Positions 9,150 through 18,594 of a stretch of 64,000 bases of DNA are shown piece after piece. The notes beneath the pieces are model-generated. The model was not told the DNA's origin. It was given only the letters and a program-made list of their open reading frames with translations, and searched no databases. Position 1 is the stretch's first letter. Every line of letters starts with the position of its first letter. Position numbers and translations under genes: made by a program. Origin of the DNA: a bacterium (GTDB taxonomy: Bacteria > UBA8248); the NCBI GenBank assembly GCA_965207065.1, contig OZ242260.1, forward strand, positions 2,176,001 to 2,240,000, given 5' to 3'.

Positions 9150-10643
9150 ATGCGCCTGGCTGACATCCGTACCCGCGCCGAGGAGTTCCTCGGAGAGTCA
9201 CGGAGGGAGTGGTACGAGGTCGGCGCGGGCCTCAAGGAAGACGTGCGCCTGAGCGAGATTTTTGCCGAATACGCCGACCTTTTCACCCGCGATAACATCG
9301 AGACACTTACCTCCCTCGCCGATTCGGCGGACGATGAAGACGAGTCCCTGAGGTTGGCCGAACTGCGTGGTTTCCTGACCCTGGCCCATATACGCAACGA
9401 GACCAGGGATTTGAGCGAGAAGGCGCTTCTCTTCGAGACCAAGACGACGGTGGAAACGCCCGAGGGCGAGTCCATCCCCTACCGGCAAAGCGCCGTTGCG
9501 CTCCTGAACGAATCGAACCGCGAGAAGCGGACTTTTCTGGAAAACGCCCGCTGTGAGGCCCTGGCGGAGAAGAACGTATTTCTGGAGCAGATTCACCGCG
9601 CTACCCACGGGATGGCCGATGACCTGGAGTTCGAGGGCTACCTAGGGATGATGGCGGCGCTGAAGCGCTATGAGCTTGAGCCGGTCAGGGACGAGATGCA
9701 GCGTTTTCTGGAATGCACCGGCGCGCTTTACGCAGAGGCGATGGAAGAGGCGCTGATCCGGATGGATGTTCCGCTTTCTTCTGCACAGCGCCACGATGCG
9801 CAGTTCTGTTTTCGCGGTTCCGAGTACGACGCTCTTTTCCCGGCGGAGAAAATCGAACCCTCGGCGCGGGAGGTGTGCGCCTCGATGGGCCTCGATCTCT
9901 CGGCGGAGGGCCGGGTACGCCTCGACATCGAGGATCGCCCGCTCAAGAGCCCCCGCGCGTTTTGCGCCTCGATTCGCGTGCCAGAGGAGGTCTATCTCGT
10001 CATCAGGCCCCGGGGCGGCTATGACGATTACAGCGCGTTCTGGCACGAACTCGGCCACGCGCTCCATTTCGCAGGCGTGGCGGCGGATGCGCCATTCGAG
10101 TGGAAGCGCCTGGGGGACAACTCCGTGACGGAGGGGTTCGCCATGCTCTTCGATCACCTGCTGCTCGAGCCGCTCTGGCTGGAGGATGCACTGGGCGGAG
10201 AGGCCTCGGACTACGCGGCGTTTCTGGCGCACCATGCGCTTTTTGAACTCTATATGCTCAGGCGCTATGCGGCGAAAATCGACTATGAACTCACACTCCA
10301 CCAGGGCGCTGATCTGACGGGCAAGGACGACGCCTACCGGGAAAAACTCAGTTCAGCGACGGGGGTGGAATACCCGCGAATATCCTATCTCGACGACGTG
10401 GACCCGTTTTTCTACTGCGCGAACTACCTGAGGGCATGGATGCTCCAGGCCCAGATGGCCGAGGTCCTGAAGACGAAATTCGGGGAGAGATGGTGGGCCA
10501 ATCGCGAGAGCGGCGGGTTCCTGATGGAAATCTGGCGCGACGGGCAGCGCCATGACGGCGATTCCCTCTCCCGCCACCTGGGCTACCGGCGTCTCACAAC
10601 GGAGCCGCTCGAGGCGCAGATCAGGAATCTCATGCCGCACTAG
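9150..10643 (+). CDS. zinc metallopeptidase, M3/M32-like gluzincin
   Basis: HELGHALH followed by a third-ligand Glu (TEGFAM), plus KSPRAFC. Confidence 0.75.
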   Translation: MRLADIRTRAEEFLGESRREWYEVGAGLKEDVRLSEIFAEYADLFTRDNIETLTSLADSADDEDESLRLAELRGFLTLAHIRNETRDLSEKALLFETKTTVETPEGESIPYRQSAVALLNESNREKRTFLENARCEALAEKNVFLEQIHRATHGMADDLEFEGYLGMMAALKRYELEPVRDEMQRFLECTGALYAEAMEEALIRMDVPLSSAQRHDAQFCFRGSEYDALFPAEKIEPSAREVCASMGLDLSAEGRVRLDIEDRPLKSPRAFCASIRVPEEVYLVIRPRGGYDDYSAFWHELGHALHFAGVAADAPFEWKRLGDNSVTEGFAMLFDHLLLEPLWLEDALGGEASDYAAFLAHHALFELYMLRRYAAKIDYELTLHQGADLTGKDDAYREKLSSATGVEYPRISYLDDVDPFFYCANYLRAWMLQAQMAEVLKTKFGERWWANRESGGFLMEIWRDGQRHDGDSLSRHLGYRRLTTEPLEAQIRNLMPH

Positions 10644-10659
10644 CGGAAATGCGGGCTAC

Positions 10660-11007
10660 TCCTGCTGTGGTTGTTGAAAGAGCCCTCCTGACAAGGGAGT
10701 AGGGGGTTACTGCCCCGATAAGCGAGGGTTTAACGCGACCGATGAAAGTGTGAGAACCACTCCCCCCTTGAGGGGGAGTCAACGAGACAAGGGCGAAGCC
10801 CGCAGGCGAGTTGATGGGGGGAGTTTCATCTGTGGCATGTCCCCCCACCGAATCGGTCTTCGCATAAACCGCTCGGCCTCTTCGACTCCCCCTCAAGGGG
10901 GGAGTGAAATTCAGCGCGCTCCCTCTGTGTGACTTTTTCAACAGGCCCTTCAAGGGGGAGAGTTTCTTGTATTTTTATCAAGACTTTCTCAACAACCGCC
11001 AGTAGGA
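10660..11007. mobile_element. MITE-like non-coding element with imperfect terminal inverted repeats and nested palindromes
   Basis: Left end TCCTGCTGTGGTTGTTGAAAGAG against right end (reverse complement) TCCTACTGGCGGTTGTTGAGAAAG. Contains an ACTCCCCCCTTGAGGGGGAGT / ACTCCCCCTCAAGGGGGGAGT inverted pair. Lies between convergent genes. Confidence 0.55.
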
Positions 11008-11033
11008 ACACACGCACATTATCCGCACACAGC

Positions 11034-12098
11034 CTAAAGCGTGACGGCTTGGCCCTCCTTGCACGAGCGGTCCGCCGCCATGGTGAGGGCGAGTACGTCT
11101 CTCGCGTGCGCGCCCGTGGCGAGTCCCACGCCGCCGATTCCCAGGATGTGGCGCACGAAAGCGTCGGTCTCCTCCTTCATGGGGCCGAAGAACTCGCCCA
11201 TCACGAAATCTCCCGGCATGGCGGAGCCCAGGAAGGCGACGTTCACCTGGTGTTCGGGCGTGTAGGGGCAGGGAATCGGATCCTCGGGCGCTAGTATTAC
11301 GTCGCGGTGCGCGTCGTCCACGTTCAGCGAGCCTTTGGTGCCTTGCAGGTCGACCTCCATCGTCGCCGTGTATGCGGGCCAGTGGTGGGGCGGGAGCCAG
11401 CTCGTACCCAGCGTGGCCACGCTCCCGTCGTCGAAGGTGACGATCATCCACTGGAAATCGTCGCGGTTGTATTTCTTGAACACGAAGCTCGCCGCGCGGG
11501 CGTAGACCTCGACGGGCTTTTTCCCCTCCATGTACCAGAGGATGAGGTCGACCATGTAGGTGAGCGTGTTGATGGAGGGCGTGGTGTTGGGCGATCGCTT
11601 CGCCACGGCCTCGCCCACGGCGCGCGTCACGTAAATCTTGCCGAGCGCCATCACGATGTCGCCGAGCTGGCCGGCGAAGGCCGCCTGCTTGGCGAGCAGG
11701 AAACGCCTCCTGTAGCGCTGGGTGTAGCCCACGAAAATCTCGGCGCCCGACGCATCGGCTTTCGTCAGGATGTCGTCCGCCTCGTCGAGGTCCAAGACGA
11801 AGGGCTTCTCGATGAGCACGGGCTTTCCGAGTTCGGCCGCGAGCGCCGCCGGGCCGTGATGAAACTCCTCATCCGATGAAACGATGACGGCGCCCACGCG
11901 CTCGTCCCGTATCGCCACCTCGTATTTCTCCGTCGCCACGTCGGCCCGCACCGACTCCGCGAGGCGATCCAGCTTCTCGGGCACGATGTCGCACACGGCG
12001 AGGTAGTCCACCTGGGGGATCTGCGCGCAAGAATGCGCCCTGAGCGTTCCGATGCCGCCTGCACCGATGACGGCTACTCCTGTCGTTTTCACAATCAT
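11034..12098 (-). CDS. Gfo/Idh/MocA-family oxidoreductase
   Basis: VIGAGGIG Rossmann motif and GKPVLIEKP signature. Confidence 0.9.
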   Translation of the reverse strand: MIVKTTGVAVIGAGGIGTLRAHSCAQIPQVDYLAVCDIVPEKLDRLAESVRADVATEKYEVAIRDERVGAVIVSSDEEFHHGPAALAAELGKPVLIEKPFVLDLDEADDILTKADASGAEIFVGYTQRYRRRFLLAKQAAFAGQLGDIVMALGKIYVTRAVGEAVAKRSPNTTPSINTLTYMVDLILWYMEGKKPVEVYARAASFVFKKYNRDDFQWMIVTFDDGSVATLGTSWLPPHHWPAYTATMEVDLQGTKGSLNVDDAHRDVILAPEDPIPCPYTPEHQVNVAFLGSAMPGDFVMGEFFGPMKEETDAFVRHILGIGGVGLATGAHARDVLALTMAADRSCKEGQAVTL

Positions 12099-12187
12099 CT
12101 CCTCACTTTAATTTGCATCCGGTTCATTCTGGGGGAATAATCCCCTCTGTCTAATATCAAGGTTCCCATCATAGTCTGGAGAATTCC

Positions 12188-13165
12188 ATGCGCATCGATG
12201 TTCAGACCCATCATGTACCACAAGCCTACGTCCGGGCGCTCGCCGCCCGCTCCGATTTCCCGCGCTACGAGAAGGCGGGGGATTTCTGGTGGGCGTGGGC
12301 GAGCCCGGAACAAAAACTCCCGATGCGGCTACCCGCCCTGGACATCGATATCAAGCTCGCCGAGATGGATGAGCAGGAAATCGATATTGCCCTAATCAGC
12401 ATCAACATTCCAGGCCCGGACCTCGCCAAAAGCCCCGAAGACGCGGATGAACTCGCGAGAATCGGGAACGACGGCCTGGCCGAGGCGGCGGAGCGTCACC
12501 CGGAACGGTTCCGGGGGGTGGCCTCGCTCGGTTTCGGCGATATGGACGCGACCTGCCGCGAACTCGAGCGCTGCGTGGACGATCTCGGTTTCGTGGGCCT
12601 TCAGGTCTTCGCCTACATCGGCGGCGAACGCTACATCGACGACGCTGCTCATGAACCCCTGTGGGGACTTCTGGCCGAGCGCGGGGTGCCGCTCGTGCTG
12701 CATCCGGGGCCTTCTCCCTCCGGGCCGCAATATGAAGATCACTGGCTGGGGCCGATGATCGGCTTTATGTTCGATGAGTGTCTGGCGGCGCTGAGGCTCA
12801 TTTTGAGCGGCGTGCTCGAGCGTCACCCGAACCTCAAGGTGTTGTTGCCGCACGGGGGCGCCTCTCTTCCGCTGTTCATCGGGCGGGTGGACAACCTGAG
12901 TTCGCGCTACCGCGACGAGCAGGAACTCATTACGCGCGACCCGAGCGAATACTTCGAGCGCTTCTATACGGACTCGGTGGTTCACTCGCAGACGGCGCTC
13001 GAGTTCTCCTTACAGGAGATGGGCGCATCTCGCATGATGTTCGCGAGCGACGCCCCCTGGGTGCCCGTGAAGCGCCACGCCGATATGATGGACGCGCTGG
13101 ATATTTCACCGGAGGATGCGGAGCAAATCTGGAGCGGCACGGCGAAAGCGTTTTTCGGGCTGTAG
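12188..13165 (+). CDS. amidohydrolase_2 family (ACMSD/LigJ/decarboxylase-like)
   Basis: IDVQTHH, LVLHPG, LPHGGASLP and MFASDAP metal-site motifs. Confidence 0.88.
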   Translation: MRIDVQTHHVPQAYVRALAARSDFPRYEKAGDFWWAWASPEQKLPMRLPALDIDIKLAEMDEQEIDIALISINIPGPDLAKSPEDADELARIGNDGLAEAAERHPERFRGVASLGFGDMDATCRELERCVDDLGFVGLQVFAYIGGERYIDDAAHEPLWGLLAERGVPLVLHPGPSPSGPQYEDHWLGPMIGFMFDECLAALRLILSGVLERHPNLKVLLPHGGASLPLFIGRVDNLSSRYRDEQELITRDPSEYFERFYTDSVVHSQTALEFSLQEMGASRMMFASDAPWVPVKRHADMMDALDISPEDAEQIWSGTAKAFFGL

Positions 13166-13175
13166 AGCGTCCGCC

Positions 13176-13631
13176 TCACGCGTCGCTTCTGAGCAGCATG
13201 CGCTTCACGTCGTATTCGAGCACCACCTCGCCCTTTTGGTTGAGCACTCTCTGGTGTGTGGAGACGACGCCGCGATCAGGCCTGCTCCTGGAGGGTCGCA
13301 CGTCTATCGTCTCGACTTCGACCGTGAGCGTATCGCCCACGTAGACAGGCGCACGCGCCACGAGGCCGTCCACGCCCAGGAGTGCGACGGCGTAATCGTG
13401 CAGGACGCCCGTCTGGACGATGAGGGTATCCGCGATGCCGCAGGTGAAAAGGGCCGGCGCCATGCGCCTTTCATGGCCCTTATCCCTTAAAAACTCCATG
13501 TCGAGAAACAGGCTTTCCGTATAGCCCACGAGGTTGACGTAGTTCACCACGTCGGTCTCGGTGATGGTCCTGCCCCGGGTGGTGAATTTGCTTCCAATTT
13601 CCCATTTTTCAAACGCAACGCCTTCGCTCAT
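13176..13631 (-). CDS. MaoC/PaaZ-family acyl-CoA dehydratase
   Basis: GRTITETD, PVYVGDTL and NQKGEVV hotdog pattern. Confidence 0.85.
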   Translation of the reverse strand: MSEGVAFEKWEIGSKFTTRGRTITETDVVNYVNLVGYTESLFLDMEFLRDKGHERRMAPALFTCGIADTLIVQTGVLHDYAVALLGVDGLVARAPVYVGDTLTVEVETIDVRPSRSRPDRGVVSTHQRVLNQKGEVVLEYDVKRMLLRSDA

Positions 13632-13869
13632 GTAACCTGAAACCTCCTGATTGATGGTGTGATACCGCGGGAGGCGATTCTACAGGCGGGGGCAGGAATC
13701 TTCAAAGTTCGCGGGGGATCTTCTTGTGGGGAAGGATACGAGAGACGTGAAGTCTTTGATTCGAGAATGGCTACATCTATACTGACCTGCATGAATTGAC
13801 CGAGTACTTGTCCATGCCCGATATTCCCGAATAACGACGCCAAAGGTTGCCCGGAGTGTGTATATCGTT

Positions 13870-14712
13870 ATGACGCGCATCGTGTGCTGGAACATCGCCA
13901 AGAGAAAACGACCATGGACGGAACTGCTGGAGATGGATGCGGACGTCGCCTTGCTGCAAGAGACGGATGCGCCACCTTCTGACTTGGGGCGTGCGGTCGA
14001 TACGGGGCCTCAAGGCTACTGGGAGCCATGGGAGGAGGGACTCTACGACAGGGGGGCGATGATCGTGAAGCTCTCAGAACGCGTCGAGGTCGAATGGTTC
14101 AGGCGTATTTTTCCGATCAGCGCAGCGAAGCGCGATGAAATCCCGGTCAGCGGCATCGGAACCATTGCCGCCGCCAGGGTAGTTCCGGCGGATGGGGAGC
14201 CGTTCATCGCGGTGTCGATGTATGCGCGTTGGCTCAAGCCACATGTCACGACCGATACGAAATGGGGGGTAGGCTACCCGGACGCATCCGCCCACCGGAT
14301 CATCTCGGATCTGTCCGTCTTCATCGGCGATTTGGATCCTTCGACGCATCGCATTCTGGCGGCCGGCGACCTCAACACGATATACGGCGCGACGGATGAC
14401 AATCGGCTGGCGCTCCCGGCGCGGGACCGCACGATCTTCGATCGCATGGACGCGCTGGGTCTGGAATTCATCGGGCCTCGGCACCCGAACGGCAGGCTGG
14501 CGAAGCCCACGCCGCAAGGGTTGCCGAAAGATACGAAGAACGTTCCGACCTACCACACGACGAGGCAATCTCCCAGGACCGCCCAGAATCAGCTCGATTA
14601 CATCTTCGCCTCACGGGGGTTCCACGAGAGCGTAACCGTCCGCGCCCTGAACGGCGTCAATGAATGGGGTTCGAGTGATCACTGCCGAATTTGGATAGAA
14701 GTCGGTCCGTAA
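13870..14712 (+). CDS. endonuclease/exonuclease/phosphatase (EEP) family protein
   Basis: WNI, LLQE, AGDLN, QLDYIFAS and SDH catalytic motifs. Confidence 0.88.
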   Translation: MTRIVCWNIAKRKRPWTELLEMDADVALLQETDAPPSDLGRAVDTGPQGYWEPWEEGLYDRGAMIVKLSERVEVEWFRRIFPISAAKRDEIPVSGIGTIAAARVVPADGEPFIAVSMYARWLKPHVTTDTKWGVGYPDASAHRIISDLSVFIGDLDPSTHRILAAGDLNTIYGATDDNRLALPARDRTIFDRMDALGLEFIGPRHPNGRLAKPTPQGLPKDTKNVPTYHTTRQSPRTAQNQLDYIFASRGFHESVTVRALNGVNEWGSSDHCRIWIEVGP

Positions 14713-14740
14713 AGGCGCTGTTGGAATAGTCCCGATGAAT

Positions 14741-14905
14741 GAGGGTTAGACGCGACCGACGCGAATGGAAGAACCACTCCCCCCTTGAGGGGTCGGGCAT
14801 CCCGAGGGGAATGCCCGATGAAAAAGTCATCGTCGGGGGTGCGATGGTTCTGTAGTGACAGCCCCTCCTCGGGGCTGTCCCACAGGTCGCGACCTGTCCC
14901 TACGG
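14741..14905. repeat. cluster of palindromic intergenic repeats (CCCCCTTGAGGGG type plus GTAG-type REP)
   Basis: ACTCCCCCTTGAGGGGTCGGGCATCCCGAGGGGAATGCCCGATGAAAAAG recurs almost exactly at ~40873-40921. GTAGTGACAGCCCCTCC.CGGGGCTGTCCCACAGGTCGCGACCTGTCCCTACGG recurs at ~55212-55267. Confidence 0.85.
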
Positions 14906-15000
14906 TGAACGATTCGATGATCGGTATGCCCTCCCCAGCCGACTGCTTACGCTAAACCACGGAGTCATCGCTTCGGTGTTAAATAGAATAATCGACTAAA

Positions 15001-15013
15001 TATCAATATCTTA
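15001..15013 (+). promoter_or_regulatory. possible IHF binding site in an AT-rich upstream region
   Basis: TATCAATATCTTA fits WATCAANNNNTTR; a short motif that could occur by chance. Confidence 0.3.
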
Positions 15014-15112
15014 ACAGAGATGGAACCCGGCATCGTCAAAATGTTATAATTCGCAAGTCGCCGGTAGACTCTTTCCCGGCAGGTGGGAAAAGTTCAAGAG
15101 GGGGATGGCCAG

Positions 15113-15865
15113 ATGAGGCGTTTAGGACTCTCCATCGCATTGAGTATTTTGGCGGTTGTTTTTCTGGTGAATGACGCGGCGGCTGATAAGCGCCAAGGCC
15201 GGCGCCACGGGATTAAGCGGCATCATAAATATAAATCGCAGAGACACCACAGGGCGCGCCAGCACCGCAAATGGCATCGCCGTCACCGTCGTCCCCGCAC
15301 TATCGTTCGCCATAACTTCTGGATCGGCCCCAGCTACGTCTCTCCGGTCTGGTACGGCTATCCGGTCTACACTGGCCCGCGCGTTATTTACCGTTCCTAC
15401 CCACGTGAGCGTTATGTTTACAGCTCCCCGGATTATGGCTGCGCATCCTATGTCGCGGGTAACGACAACGAGGTTCTCGGCTCGGTAATCGGCGCGATCG
15501 GCGGCGGCGTCATCGGCCATCAGGTCGGCAGGGGCAGCGGACAGGCGCTGGCCACCTTCGCGGGCGTGCTGCTCGGCAGCGTCGTCGGCGGGCAGATTGG
15601 ACGCGACCTGGACGAAGCCGAGCGGCTCAAGCTCGCGAGCACCACGCAGTACGCGCTCGAGAACCAGCGATCGGGTACGCGCACCGTGTGGGACAACCCC
15701 GACAGGCGGGTGTGCGGCGTCGTGGTTCCCAAGCCGGCATTCAAGAACGAACTCGACCAGTATTGCCGGGAGTTCCAGCAGACGATTGTCATCGACGGCA
15801 AAAAGCAGAGCGCCTACGGCACCGCCTGCAGGCAACCCGACGGGCAGTGGAAGATCGCCAACTAG
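15113..15865 (+). CDS. secreted glycine-zipper / 17-kDa surface antigen-like protein (RT0821/Lpp0805-like)
   Basis: Signal peptide, Arg/His-rich segment, glycine zipper (GAIGGGVIGHQVGRGSG..G.LLGS.VGGQIG) and C-terminal YCREFQQTI.IDG..AYGTACRQPDG.W. Confidence 0.85.
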   Translation: MRRLGLSIALSILAVVFLVNDAAADKRQGRRHGIKRHHKYKSQRHHRARQHRKWHRRHRRPRTIVRHNFWIGPSYVSPVWYGYPVYTGPRVIYRSYPRERYVYSSPDYGCASYVAGNDNEVLGSVIGAIGGGVIGHQVGRGSGQALATFAGVLLGSVVGGQIGRDLDEAERLKLASTTQYALENQRSGTRTVWDNPDRRVCGVVVPKPAFKNELDQYCREFQQTIVIDGKKQSAYGTACRQPDGQWKIAN

Positions 15866-15883
15866 GCAGCCGACGCCTGAAAC

Positions 15884-16924
15884 CTAATCCATCACGATGA
15901 CCGCGCGGCCCGTAACGGCCGCCACTTCCAGCCGTTCGTGTACCTTTTCCACCTCATCGACGTTGAACGAGTAGGTCTCCGTCACCACGGGCCAGGCGTC
16001 GCCCCGCGCCACGAGGTCGAGCGATTCCTTGAGTTCCTGTTTCGAACAGTAGCGGCTGCCCATGAGTTCGAGTTCTTTGTTCACCATATTGCGCGACGCG
16101 GCCTGAAACGGCTGCCCCGTACCGCCCAGCGTCACGAGGCGTCCGCCGATGCCTAAGGCCTGAAAACCCGCTTCCATCGTGGAGGCGGAGGAGACGAAAT
16201 CGACCACCACGTCCACGCCCTGGCCGTTCGTCAAGTCCATGAGCGCGCCTGCAACGTCTTCCTGGGATGCGTCGACGGCCTCGTCCGCGCCCACGTCCCG
16301 GCACTTGCCGAGCTTGTTCGCCGCGACGTCCACGGCGATGACCCTGGCGTGCGCCCACTTGGCCATCATCACCATGTGGATGCCCACGCCGCCGCCCGCG
16401 CCGATGACGGCCACGTTCTCAAGTGGCGCGATGCGCGCGCGCTTCGTTACTTTATACGGGGTGGCTATCGCGTCGCAGATGACGGAGACTTCCGCCGCGT
16501 TGTTCTCATAGTCGAGCCCGGCGGGGATTTTGATGAAATTCCGCGCGGGCAGCTTGATGTATTCGGCATAGGCGCCCTGCACCTGGCGGCCGATGTAGCC
16601 CGTGAAATTCTCGCACAGTGTCTCGCGGTTGATGAGGCACCACTTGCACCTCCCGCAAGTGACGTAGAAATGAGCGGTCACCGCGTCGCCCTCCTGCAGG
16701 CCTTCCACGCCCTCGCCCAGGGCGGTGATGACGGCGGTGATCTCGTGCCCGATGATGAGGGGATAATCCACCCCGGGCACCCGGCCCATGCGGGCGTGGT
16801 GGATCGTCAGCCCGGCGCCGCAGGCCAGCACCTTCGCGACCGCTTCCCCCGGACCCGGCACGGGGTCTGGATATTCTTCCTCGACAAAGGGTTTTCCCGG
16901 TTCTCTCAGCACCATCGCCTTCAA
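15884..16924 (-). CDS. zinc-dependent alcohol dehydrogenase (MDR family)
   Basis: GHE, structural-Zn CGRCKWC..C and GAGGGVG. Confidence 0.9.
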   Translation of the reverse strand: MKAMVLREPGKPFVEEEYPDPVPGPGEAVAKVLACGAGLTIHHARMGRVPGVDYPLIIGHEITAVITALGEGVEGLQEGDAVTAHFYVTCGRCKWCLINRETLCENFTGYIGRQVQGAYAEYIKLPARNFIKIPAGLDYENNAAEVSVICDAIATPYKVTKRARIAPLENVAVIGAGGGVGIHMVMMAKWAHARVIAVDVAANKLGKCRDVGADEAVDASQEDVAGALMDLTNGQGVDVVVDFVSSASTMEAGFQALGIGGRLVTLGGTGQPFQAASRNMVNKELELMGSRYCSKQELKESLDLVARGDAWPVVTETYSFNVDEVEKVHERLEVAAVTGRAVIVMD

Positions 16925-17057
16925 AGGGCGTCCTCCTCGTAAAATGGAATGGAATTTCGAAGGCTCGATTACAGCACATAGGCGCGCGGCTAGGCAACGA
17001 GGGGCGGATGACGTACCCTCGGTCGGTCGGCATCAAACAACAGGAAGCGAAAGCACG

Positions 17058-17441
17058 ATGAATGAACCTCTCGTTACCGAGGAAAGAACGTTCGACGCGA
17101 ATCGCGCGGCGAAGACCACGCTGCTGGTCGGCGTGCTGCTCGTTATCTTCACCGCGTCGGCGATGTATACGAACCAGCCGGGCAGGGTGGGCTACGGCTG
17201 GGCGACGCTGGCCGGAGGGGCGGCCTTGGGTCTTTTCGGACTGGCGACCCTGCGGGGGTTCGCGTGGTGCTGTTATCTCTCGGCCCTGGTGCTGGGCGTG
17301 TTCGATTTTATTTGGATGGTGCGGGTGCTCGAGGGTTTCGACATGGGCCTCGCCATCTGGATAGCGATATGTTTTTTCTCCATCCGGGAAATCTGGCCGG
17401 GAATCGACGAGAAATTTCCCTGGGTGAAGCGCAATCCCTAG
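17058..17441 (+). CDS. small multi-pass membrane protein of unknown function
   Basis: About four hydrophobic segments from ATG 17058. Confidence 0.6.
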   Translation: MNEPLVTEERTFDANRAAKTTLLVGVLLVIFTASAMYTNQPGRVGYGWATLAGGAALGLFGLATLRGFAWCCYLSALVLGVFDFIWMVRVLEGFDMGLAIWIAICFFSIREIWPGIDEKFPWVKRNP

Positions 17442-17466
17442 AGAGGGACCGCGTTTCCATCCTCTA

Positions 17467-18573
17467 TTACAATCTATCCATCACGTAGCGGACGCACTCG
17501 AAATGGCGGGGCGCATCGCTTGGTGTGAAATCTGGCGCATTCAAGGCCCATAACGGCACGACGCTTTCGTGGACTGAGCCGTGACTTCTCAAGTGAACCT
17601 CGCGCTCGGCCTCATCCATCACGCCGAAAACGGTCTCAGAATCCGCCAGCACCATGATGTCGCCCACCCGCTCGGCCATTAGCTGAAAGCGCGCGGCGGC
17701 CTCATGCCGCGAAAGCGCATCGTCAATGCCAGGGCGTGCTTTGAGGATATCGATAGCCTCGGCGAGAGTATCCTCGTTTTGCAGGTGAACGTAGGCGGCG
17801 CCTCCCTGGTTCCCGTGGTGGACGACGTAGCGGTCCTTGATGATGGGTACTGCCTCCGCAGTTTGTCCGCGGTTTCTCAAGATGACACCCGGGTCCAACG
17901 CCCGCCTCTTGTCAAGCATACCGTGGTCGGCCGTGATGAAGACCGCGCCATCTTGGTGTGTGCGTATCCAGCTATCGACCAGCTTGCCGATTTCCGCATC
18001 GAGCGCGGCGTGGTGCGCTTGCGCTTCTGTGTGCTCTGGGCCGTATTTGTGCTGCAGGTAATCCGTGGTGGTGACGTAGAGGAGGTCCGGCTTTTGCGCT
18101 TCCAGCACCGCGCGCGCCGCCCGCAGGAGCCATAGGTTCACGGCGCCGCTGTAGATATCCTCCTTTGCGCCTGCTATTCGGGTGAGCCAATCCGGCGGGT
18201 CTTCTGCGGTGACGACCGTGCCCGCCCCCTTGCCGATCATGTCGCAGAGTTTTTGTTTGGAGGCCAGGACGGCGGTCTTAAGCCCCGCACCACGGCCCAT
18301 CTCCATGAGGGTGGGCGCGAGAACGAATCCCCCCGATTCCATGTAGACTTCTTCGCCCGTGTCAGTGTTCAGGAAATAGTTGGCCGTAATGCCGTGCGCG
18401 GCGGGGGGCGCGCCGCAGATCATCGAGACGTTGTTCACGTTGGTGACCGAAGGCATCTGGCACGAAACGGTGAATCGCGCGCCTTCGCTCGCGATTCTAT
18501 CGAGATTCGGCGTGGGGGATGCCTCGAAATAGTCGGGGTCGCCGCCGTCTATGAGGATGATGAGGGCGCGCAT
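17467..18573 (-). CDS. phnA: phosphonoacetate hydrolase-like (alkaline phosphatase superfamily)
   Basis: IDG, MPSVTNVNN.S, TTDYLQHKY.P, TADHGM, D.YVVHH and LRSHG, as in PhnA. Confidence 0.78.
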   Translation of the reverse strand: MRALIILIDGGDPDYFEASPTPNLDRIASEGARFTVSCQMPSVTNVNNVSMICGAPPAAHGITANYFLNTDTGEEVYMESGGFVLAPTLMEMGRGAGLKTAVLASKQKLCDMIGKGAGTVVTAEDPPDWLTRIAGAKEDIYSGAVNLWLLRAARAVLEAQKPDLLYVTTTDYLQHKYGPEHTEAQAHHAALDAEIGKLVDSWIRTHQDGAVFITADHGMLDKRRALDPGVILRNRGQTAEAVPIIKDRYVVHHGNQGGAAYVHLQNEDTLAEAIDILKARPGIDDALSRHEAAARFQLMAERVGDIMVLADSETVFGVMDEAEREVHLRSHGSVHESVVPLWALNAPDFTPSDAPRHFECVRYVMDRL

Positions 18574-18594
18574 TCTGGATTGGCGGCCCGGAAT

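Noticed and set aside
15022-15046. ECF-sigma-like GGAAC...GTT promoter upstream of the surface antigen gene
   Set aside because: Spacing is one base short of the usual pattern and the motif is too short to trust.
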